IMG/VR virus record: IMGVR_UViG_2671180417_000003
Location: 1-8,583 of that record
Reading direction: 5' to 3' (one strand)
DNA from: a virus
Taxonomy: Duplodnaviria; Heunggongvirae; Uroviricota; Caudoviricetes
Length of the DNA stretch: 8,583 bases
The notes under the pieces were generated by a model. The model made no database searches, was not told where the DNA came from, and saw only the letters and a program-made list of their open reading frames with translations. A program made the position numbers and the translations under genes. Of the stretch, positions 1 through 4,998 are shown piece by piece (the first letter of the stretch is position 1; each line of letters begins with the position of its first letter).

Positions 1-138
1 TCTGCTTATCTTCGATTCATGACAGCCAATCATCTTTGCCAGACCGCGCTGGGTAAGCGTTGACAGGTTGATGAGTAAATCAGTTTCAGCGCGATCAATT
101 TCTCGCTGTGATAGTTTGCTGTAACTTGTTTGTTCCAT
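1..138 (-). CDS. CII-like transcriptional activator, N-terminal part only (gene starts at 138 and continues past the window start)
   Basis: Own minus-strand translation from ATG 138..136 is open to position 1: MEQTSYSKLSQREIDRAETDLLINLSTLTQRGLAKMIGCHESKISR. HTH-like segment (GLAKMIGCHESKISR) resembles lambda CII/P22 C1 family; in-frame stop two codons upstream fixes the start; position just downstream of cro-like gene on same strand matches cII. Not in ORF track because no stop inside window. Confidence 0.5.
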   Translation of the reverse strand, partial: MEQTSYSKLSQREIDRAETDLLINLSTLTQRGLAKMIGCHESKISR

Positions 139-176
139 TTCTTAAGATTTCCAATAGTGAATAGCTAGTTGAAAGG

Positions 177-194
177 TATGCGTGGAAACGCATA
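177..194 (-). promoter_or_regulatory. Perfect inverted repeat TATGCG-N6-CGCATA in the cro-like/cII-like intergenic leader (possible tR1-like or leader RNA structure)
   Basis: Plus strand 177-194 tatgcgtggaaacgcata: 6-bp perfect stem, 6-nt loop, followed on the minus strand by CCTTTC; lies 40 nt upstream of the cII-like start. Confidence 0.3.
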
Positions 195-220
195 TGGCCT
201 TAGTTGGTCAGATATATTGG

Positions 221-269
221 GACTCGCTTTGTCAGCGACGTAGGACGAATGTCCATTGTGAAAAGAGCG
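221..269 (-). promoter_or_regulatory. nutR-like region: boxA-like CGCTCTTTT, small hairpin GGAC-ATTC-GTCC, then conserved element TACGTCGCTGACAAAGCG
   Basis: Minus-strand reading just after the cro-like stop: CGCTCTTTT (plus 261-269) matches the lambdoid boxA core CGCTCTT; the 18-mer (plus 225-242) is 17/18 identical to an element in the N leader at 3175-3192; both can form a 4-bp stem around the loop TGACAAA. Confidence 0.45.
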
Positions 270-276
270 GTGTTAC

Positions 277-510
277 TTATGCAGCCGATGCTCTACGCGA
301 TACGAACACTAGGTTTTCCTTTTTCACAGGTTTATAACCCGTGAAATTACGAGTAGCTTCTTCGATTGCATTCGCTTTATCAGGGGAAGCTCTTCGAAAT
401 CCATATGCAATCTGGTCAAGATAGCCAACTGAAGTTTTCGCTAATGCGGCGAGTCGCTTCCATTCCTCACTAGAAGCCTCTTTTCGCCAGCGTAGTAGTT
501 CATTACTCAT
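277..510 (-). CDS. Cro-like small HTH DNA-binding regulator (77 aa)
   Basis: ORF track 277..510; SD GGAGG (plus 516-520 as CCTCC) 5 nt before ATG; HTH-like segment WKRLAALAKTSVGYLDQIAYGFRRASPDKANAIEEAT; divergent from the CI-type repressor across an operator-bearing intergenic region, the canonical cro position. Confidence 0.6.
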   Translation of the reverse strand: MSNELLRWRKEASSEEWKRLAALAKTSVGYLDQIAYGFRRASPDKANAIEEATRNFTGYKPVKKENLVFVSRRASAA

Positions 511-537
511 TAGTGCCTCCGTTTATCACACAGAACA

Positions 538-566
538 ACTTTACCATTTTGATAAATAATCCGCAA
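538..566 (-). promoter_or_regulatory. PR-like promoter for the cro-like gene: -35 TTGCGG (566..561), 17-bp spacer, -10 TAAAGT (543..538)
   Basis: Read on minus strand: TTGCGG-attatttatcaaaatgg-TAAAGT. Same -10 hexamer, same 17-bp spacing and same ATTTATCA motif inside the spacer as the PL-like promoter at 3082-3110. Confidence 0.45.
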
Positions 567-605
567 TGTAAATTTATCATATTGCGTATTTATCCATTTG
601 CTAAA
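540..605. promoter_or_regulatory. OR-like operator cluster: 17-bp dyads TTTACCattttGATAAA (540-556) and TTTATCcatttGCTAAA (589-605) plus half-site TTTATC (573-578); putative leaderless PRM (-10 GAAAAT 612-617)
   Basis: Three copies of the TTTATC/GATAAA half-site between divergent cro-like and cI-like genes; dyads have 6-bp arms and 5-bp AT-rich centre (17 bp, typical lambdoid operator size); the same dyad occurs perfectly at 3092-3108. Confidence 0.5.
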
Positions 606-623
606 TAGAGGGAAAATTGTGAG

Positions 624-1328
624 ATGGAAAACAAAGATATTCGCAAATCGAATCTGGCGTTTTTGCTAGATGAGCATAAAAAAATCGCGGGTAACACTAA
701 TGCAAGCTTTGCCGATAAGCTTGGGGTTAGCCCTTCTCAACTCACGCAAGTCTCCGGTGAAAAAAGCACTCGAAACATAGGGGATAAACTAGCAAGAAAA
801 TTTGAAGCCGCGCTTGGGTTACCTAATGGGTGGCTTGATTTGGTACATGATGTAACACCAATTGCATCATGCTCAGATTCTTTAACTTTTGTCGGTCAGG
901 TAAGAAAAGGGTTAGTGCGCGTGGTTGGTGAGGCAATTCTTGGTGTTGATGGTGCCATCGAGATGACCGAAGAGCGCGATGGGTGGCTCAAAATTTATAG
1001 CGATGATCCAGATGCCTTTGGTCTTCGTGTGAAAGGAGACAGCATGTGGCCCAGAATAAAATCAGGAGAATATGTACTCATTGAGCCTAACACCAAAGTA
1101 TTCCCGGGTGATGAGGTGTTTGTCAGAACCGTTGAAGGACACAACATGATTAAGGTTCTTGGCTATGACAGAGATGGAGAATACCAATTTACAAGCATTA
1201 ACCAGGATCACAGGCCTATAACGTTGCCTTATCATCAAGTAGCAAAGGTGGAGTATGTAGCTGGTATTCTGAAGCAATCTCGCCATCTGGATGACATCGA
1301 GGCAAGGGAGTGGCTGAAAAGTTCGTGA
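624..1328 (+). CDS. cI: CI-type prophage repressor: N-terminal HTH plus C-terminal S24 (LexA-like) peptidase domain, 234 aa
   Basis: ORF track 624..1328; HTH-like SFADKLGVSPSQLTQV; S24 catalytic dyad signature GDSMWP (Ser140) with Lys177 37 residues downstream (LexA-like spacing); divergent from cro-like gene. No Ala-Gly pair in the linker; position-equivalent is Leu106-Gly107. Confidence 0.9.
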   Translation: MENKDIRKSNLAFLLDEHKKIAGNTNASFADKLGVSPSQLTQVSGEKSTRNIGDKLARKFEAALGLPNGWLDLVHDVTPIASCSDSLTFVGQVRKGLVRVVGEAILGVDGAIEMTEERDGWLKIYSDDPDAFGLRVKGDSMWPRIKSGEYVLIEPNTKVFPGDEVFVRTVEGHNMIKVLGYDRDGEYQFTSINQDHRPITLPYHQVAKVEYVAGILKQSRHLDDIEAREWLKSS

Positions 1329-1388
1329 CTTCATCGTCACATAGCTGGTAACCAGTGGCCAGAAGAAACGTTTGGGTGAGGAGGATAG

Positions 1389-1730
1389 ATGGCGTTCACT
1401 GACCTTGAATATCAAGCGGTCAAAAAAGAAGTTCACCAATTCATTGAAAGCATAAGGCCGCCTGAACATATCCGCAATGAACTGGATATTGTTTATAGCA
1501 TCAATGACCAAACGATAGATATCGGCGAACAGCGCCCCGTGTGGCAGGGCAACCCAGGTGAAACAAACATCCTGCCATCAGCAAGAATCAAGTACATACG
1601 TTCTCTGGATAGATGGAAAATCTATTGGATGCGGAAGGATATGAAATGGCATCAGTACAGTACTGAACTTTCGCTGACTGATGCGCTTGAGCTTGTGCGT
1701 GCTGACCCGGATTGCTGCTTCTTCGGATGA
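1389..1730 (+). CDS. Hypothetical protein (113 aa), first gene after the repressor; function unrecognised
   Basis: ORF track 1389..1730; strong SD GAGGAGG (1378-1384) 4 nt before ATG; same strand as cI, 60 bp downstream; GC content similar to phage backbone; ends CCFFG. Confidence 0.7.
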   Translation: MAFTDLEYQAVKKEVHQFIESIRPPEHIRNELDIVYSINDQTIDIGEQRPVWQGNPGETNILPSARIKYIRSLDRWKIYWMRKDMKWHQYSTELSLTDALELVRADPDCCFFG

Positions 1731-1800
1731 GTGAAGAGACGTTTGGATGATGGATGATCGCAGAGATGCTCGTAGAGCATACAGCGATGCAGGAGAATTT

Positions 1801-2235
1801 ATGGCACTTAATTTAGAAAGAATATCTTTTATAACCCCATTTGATAGCAGCGAAGAACCCAACCAACCGACGCTTAATTTTACATGCAATGAATTTCCTG
1901 CGCGGCTATCAATTGATTTCAGGGTTGGTATGATCGGGTTGAAACCAAATTCAAGATATAATTTGGGTATTATGGTAATCCCCGCGCACCTAATTATAAA
2001 AAAAGGTGAGGAAATTCAATTCCCTGACGGCTCTTCGGAATCAGTTTCACTTTTCATCGATACGAAAGATAGCCATTTTGAAACAGGGGTTGGCGGACAG
2101 GTAATAGTAACATTGAAAGAAATTAGGGTCCCAGCTAAAGGGCTGTATAGTGTTATAGGGATATTGCAAGATAATGAAGACCCTAAAAATGAACTTCATA
2201 AAAATGAATCATTTTTCACCGTAGAGCTATTATGA
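1801..2235 (+). CDS. Hypothetical soluble protein (144 aa from ATG 1801; alternative start 1747 gives 162 aa); AT-rich cargo gene
   Basis: ORF track 1747..2235; preferred start ATG 1801 has SD AGGAG (1791-1795) with 5-nt spacer; stop TGA overlaps next start (ATGA at 2232-2235); AT-rich composition; no recognisable catalytic motif. Confidence 0.7.
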   Translation: MALNLERISFITPFDSSEEPNQPTLNFTCNEFPARLSIDFRVGMIGLKPNSRYNLGIMVIPAHLIIKKGEEIQFPDGSSESVSLFIDTKDSHFETGVGGQVIVTLKEIRVPAKGLYSVIGILQDNEDPKNELHKNESFFTVELL

Positions 2236-2852
2236 GTGACGACAGTAATTTAAATAATCATGGAAAGCAAGACACCAACATATCTGAAAGCCGGAGGTTG
2301 AAGGTTGTTGGCGGTTCCGATTTTGAGGCTGAATTTGATAATTCTCCCACCAAGGTGCAAAATAATTACATAAAACCGCCACAAACGGAGGAAGAAGTGG
2401 GAACGATCAGCAGAGAGGAACTTGATGCTCGCTTAGCTGCTAATAAAGCAGAGATGGAGTCTATTGCTTCTTCCATTAGGGCTGACATGGCTCTATCTCG
2501 TGAAAGCGTTAATGTCCAATTTGCATCACTTAATGCAGCCATAAGCTCTCTATCGTCCAAGATCGATGGAAAGATGGATAGCGCTGCTGGCGATATAAAA
2601 GCAATTAATGGGAGATTCGAAGGAATTCAAGGACAAATAACAGGGGTTAATACCGCAATTAGTGGTGTTCAGTCGGGTATTTCTATACGATTAGCCATTT
2701 TTAGTGTCATTATCGCTGTAATAGTTGCGATTCCCGGGCTGGTATCAGCTTTAAAGTCAGACCACGTACCTTTGCAACAGCCTTCCACTTTGCAAGCGCC
2801 GCCACAAAATACCCAGCCAACAGACAACAAAAAAATCACTCCCCAGCATTAA
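2232..2852 (+). CDS. Hypothetical single-pass membrane protein (206 aa) with long Ser/Ala/Ile/Gly-rich helical N-terminal region, one TM helix, Pro/Gln-rich C-tail
   Basis: ORF track 2232..2852; ATGA overlap with upstream gene; hydrophobic stretch IRLAIFSVIIAVIVAIPGLVSAL (about residues 152-174); C-tail KSDHVPLQQPSTLQAPPQNTQPTDNKKITPQH; AT-rich; followed directly by an intrinsic terminator. Confidence 0.75.
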   Translation: MSDDSNLNNHGKQDTNISESRRLKVVGGSDFEAEFDNSPTKVQNNYIKPPQTEEEVGTISREELDARLAANKAEMESIASSIRADMALSRESVNVQFASLNAAISSLSSKIDGKMDSAAGDIKAINGRFEGIQGQITGVNTAISGVQSGISIRLAIFSVIIAVIVAIPGLVSALKSDHVPLQQPSTLQAPPQNTQPTDNKKITPQH

Positions 2853-2858
2853 CGCATT

Positions 2859-2887
2859 AACCCGGCCTCAGCGCCGGGTTTTCTTTG
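2859..2887 (+). terminator. Rho-independent terminator closing the cI-downstream operon
   Basis: AACCCGGC-ctca gc-GCCGGGTT stem (GC-rich, 6-8 bp; 2859-2880) followed by TTTTCTTTG, 7 nt after the stop codon of the membrane-protein gene. Confidence 0.7.
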
Positions 2888-2993
2888 CCTCACGATCCCC
2901 ACACCTAAAAACACATAACCAATTGTATTTGTTGAAAAATAAATAGATACAACTTGCTAAACAACGCAATCCAGATCTCCCTCAAATCTCTTT

Positions 2994-3110
2994 ATTTATC
3001 CTGTCGAATTCCTACAACAAAATAAAACACCATAAGAATCAATACGATATTTGAAAACCAAGAGAATTTATCATTTTGCTATTGCCATTAATTTATCATT
3101 CCGATAAAGT
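2994..3110 (+). promoter_or_regulatory. PL/OL-like region: -35 TTGCCA (3082-3087), 17-bp spacer, -10 TAAAGT (3105-3110); perfect 17-bp operator dyad TTTATCattccGATAAA (3092-3108) plus upstream half-sites at 3067-3072 and 2995-3000
   Basis: Same half-site family (TTTATC/GATAAA) and same promoter hexamers/spacing as the OR/PR-like region at 538-605; shared 10-11-mers AATTTATCAT(T) at 3065-3075, 3090-3100 and 571-580, and TATTTATCC at 2993-3001 and 587-595; positioned about 250 nt upstream of the N-like gene. Confidence 0.5.
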
Positions 3111-3158
3111 TCACCCATCAGCAGGACGCACTACTCACCAGGGCGGTGAATATACAAC

Positions 3159-3193
3159 GATTCGAATATGAATCTACGGCGCTGACAAAGCGC
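3159..3193 (+). promoter_or_regulatory. nutL-like element in the N leader: hairpin GATTC-GAATAT-GAATC followed by TACGGCGCTGACAAAGCGC
   Basis: 18-mer 3175-3192 is 17/18 identical to the minus-strand element at 225-242 in the cro/cII intergenic region; stems GCGC/GCGC here versus TCGC/GCGA there (compensatory change) around identical loop TGACAAA; both are preceded by a small hairpin. Confidence 0.4.
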
Positions 3194-3358
3194 AATAACC
3201 AAAGTGAACTTTGGGGTGTGGTGAAGGGTTCATGGACGGGAATATGTCGCACGTAAAGCGGCGAGGCCTGCGGGACTATTGCCGAATTGAAGTAGGCCGA
3301 AACAGGTCGAAATGGGTCTCCCACCTACCACACCACCAAAGTTCATCAGGAGGTCTAT

Positions 3359-3742
3359 ATGACACGCAGAACTCAGTTCAAAGGCAATTCACGTTCTCGT
3401 CGTCGTGAGCGTTTAAAGGTAAAGGCATTAGCTAACGGCGTACTGGCCCGCGAAGAAGCAATAAGTTCAGAAGTATTACACCGCCCTACTCTAAGCAGAG
3501 CGCAGATTCAGGCTAAAGGTACTCACGAAACGCCTGAGCGCATAGAAGACGCTAAGCCAATTAAGTTCATGGCACAGGACGTGATCTGGCAACAGAAAGA
3601 ATACAGACGCAATCTGGAGCGAGCGGCCATTGTGTACGCGAATGAGTTTGGACATAAGCAACCAGAAACTGGTGTATGTCTTCCAAACGTAGCTCTTTAC
3701 GCGGCAGGCTACCGGAAATCAAAACAACTGACAGCAAGATGA
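3359..3742 (+). CDS. N: N-type transcription antiterminator (127 aa), Stx-phage/933W-like by recollection, with N-terminal arginine-rich motif
   Basis: ORF track 3359..3742; SD AGGAGG (3348-3353) 5 nt before ATG; N-terminus MTRRTQFKGNSRSRRRERLKVKALANG is a classic arginine-rich RNA-binding motif; first gene after the PL-like promoter and long structured leader. Confidence 0.75.
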   Translation: MTRRTQFKGNSRSRRRERLKVKALANGVLAREEAISSEVLHRPTLSRAQIQAKGTHETPERIEDAKPIKFMAQDVIWQQKEYRRNLERAAIVYANEFGHKQPETGVCLPNVALYAAGYRKSKQLTAR

Positions 3743-3803
3743 CTTGTGTTGGTCGCCAGAAAATGAAATTAGGCAGCAAACCACTTATTTGAGAGGAATT
3801 AAT

Positions 3804-4427
3804 ATGTCATCAATCCGCTTAACTACGAGAATGAAAGAGGAAATCGCTCGTAACGCTTTAATTAAGTCCGGGGTGTTCACTGAACTTGAAGAAGTAACAA
3901 AGTTAAAGAACCAGCTTGCACTTGACGCCAGAGTTATTGCGTTTGGCGGTAAAAAGAAAACTGAGGAAGTGGATCAGCTATCATCCAAGTTGGTAGCTAT
4001 AAGTGAAGAACTTGGAAAGATGGGATGTTCATTTTACTCATACGATGTTAGTTCTACTTCAATTTATCTGACTGTATCTGGCAGAAGGGTTGGATGGCAT
4101 TCATATGGGAAAGACGGCAACGGCAAAGATATATTGCTCCCTACTCCGATCAAAGATAAATGCATGTTTGACGCAGAACACGAAATAACAAAAAGGTTTG
4201 ATGAAATCTGCGCATTGCAACAAAAACTTGAAGCCAAGAAAAAGGATATCGAATCAAATGTATGGGCTGCTTTGAACTCAGTCACAACAGTTAAGCGACT
4301 TATTGAAGTTTGGCCTGAAAGCAAAGAATTGCTACCAAAAGAAGCAGATAAAGCAAGTACAGCACTTCCTGCTTTACGGGTAGAAGATTTGAATAAGATG
4401 ATTGGACTTCCTTCCGAGGCCGCATAG
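3804..4427 (+). CDS. Hypothetical protein (208 aa from ATG 3804), AT-rich accessory gene in the N-to-cIII slot
   Basis: ORF track 3744..4427 uses a TTG start; ATG 3804 preferred because of SD GAGAGGA (3791-3797) with 6-nt spacer; hydrophilic, Lys/Glu-rich with predicted coiled-coil-like segments; stop lies inside a terminator hairpin. Confidence 0.7.
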   Translation: MSSIRLTTRMKEEIARNALIKSGVFTELEEVTKLKNQLALDARVIAFGGKKKTEEVDQLSSKLVAISEELGKMGCSFYSYDVSSTSIYLTVSGRRVGWHSYGKDGNGKDILLPTPIKDKCMFDAEHEITKRFDEICALQQKLEAKKKDIESNVWAALNSVTTVKRLIEVWPESKELLPKEADKASTALPALRVEDLNKMIGLPSEAA

Positions 4428-4442
4428 TCGGCCTTTATTTTT
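4417..4442 (+). terminator. Rho-independent terminator (tL1-like) immediately after the 3804-4427 gene
   Basis: AGGCCG-catagt-CGGCCT 6-bp stem (4417-4434) followed by TTATTTTT (4435-4442); stop codon TAG sits in the loop. Confidence 0.65.
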
Positions 4443-4471
4443 GGCATAAACAACAGAATAAATACTGCACT

Positions 4472-4499
4472 GTGTATTCATTCCAACGAGTGAATACAC
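4472..4499. repeat. Perfect 9-bp inverted repeat GTGTATTCA-N10-TGAATACAC
   Basis: Seen directly at 4472-4480 and 4491-4499; no T-tract after it, so more likely a protein-binding dyad or RNA processing structure than a terminator. Confidence 0.4.
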
Positions 4500-4561
4500 G
4501 GAGCAATGTCGCTCGTAACTAAACAGGAGCCGACTTGTTCTGATTATTGGAAATCTTCTTT

Positions 4562-4586
4562 GCCCTCCAGTGTGAGGGCCTTTTTA
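4562..4586 (+). terminator. Rho-independent terminator (tL2-like) upstream of cIII
   Basis: GCCCTC-cagtgt-GAGGGC stem (4562-4579) followed by CTTTTTA; a second weaker hairpin AACGC-N10-GCGTT plus TTTTCG follows at about 4600-4623. Confidence 0.6.
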
Positions 4587-4648
4587 TATGCATACCAATA
4601 ACGCTTCACTCGAGGCGTTTTTCGTTATGTATAAATAAGGAGCACACC

Positions 4649-4813
4649 ATGCAATATGCCATTGCAGGGTGGCCTGTTGCTGGCTGCCCTTCCGAATCTT
4701 TACTTGAACGAATCACCCGTAAATTACGTGACGGATGGAAACGCCTTATCGACATACTTAATCAGCCAGGAGTCCCAAAGAATGGATCAAACACTTATGG
4801 CTATCCAGACTAA
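4649..4813 (+). CDS. cIII: CIII (54 aa), FtsH inhibitor that stabilises CII
   Basis: Translation [54 protein letters not shown] matches lambda CIII as I recall it; SD TAAGGAG (4636-4642) 6 nt before ATG 4649; the ORF-track entry 4547..4813 is an artefactual N-terminal extension through the terminator. Confidence 0.85.
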   Translation: MQYAIAGWPVAGCPSESLLERITRKLRDGWKRLIDILNQPGVPKNGSNTYGYPD

Positions 4814-4925
4814 ATTCACTATCGCCACTTTTATTGGCGATGAAAAGATGTTTCGTGAAGCCGTCGACGCTTATAAAAAATGGATATTAATACTGAAACT
4901 GAGATCAAGCAAAAGCATTCACTAA
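4782..4925 (+). CDS. kil: Kil (47 aa), host cell-division inhibitor
   Basis: [47 protein letters not shown] matches lambda Kil from memory; 32-nt overlap with cIII and 46-nt overlap with the gam long-form start, as in lambda; ORF-track 4656..4925 is an upstream extension. Confidence 0.75.
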   Translation: MDQTLMAIQTKFTIATFIGDEKMFREAVDAYKKWILILKLRSSKSIH

Positions 4926-4998
4926 CCCCTTTCCTGTTTTCCTAATCAGCCCGGCATTTCGCGGGCGATATTTTCACAGCTATTTCAGGAGTTCGGCC

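Noticed and set aside
1062-1511. 149-aa minus-strand ORF overlapping the end of cI and the start of gene A
   Set aside because: Antisense to two well-supported genes, no SD, Ile/Phe-rich low-complexity translation typical of a shadow ORF.
1578-1889. 103-aa minus-strand ORF
   Set aside because: Antisense to gene A and gene B start; no RBS; likely spurious.
2366-2560. 64-aa minus-strand ORF inside gene C
   Set aside because: Fully antisense to the membrane-protein gene; no supporting signals.
3118-3408. ORFs 3118..3324 (minus) and 3211..3408 (plus) in the N leader
   Set aside because: They lie in the structured leader carrying the nut-like element and overlap the N start; no SD; leader RNA is the better interpretation.
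3567-4453. Minus-strand ORFs 3567..3779 and 4064..4453
   Set aside because: Antisense to N and to the 3804-4427 gene; no RBS.
4547-4813. 88-aa ORF extending cIII upstream
   Set aside because: The extension runs through the terminator hairpin at 4562-4586; the internal ATG 4649 has a strong SD and gives the expected 54-aa CIII.
4656-4925. 89-aa ORF extending kil upstream
   Set aside because: The N-terminal 42 residues overlap cIII in another frame; the 47-aa product from ATG 4782 matches Kil.
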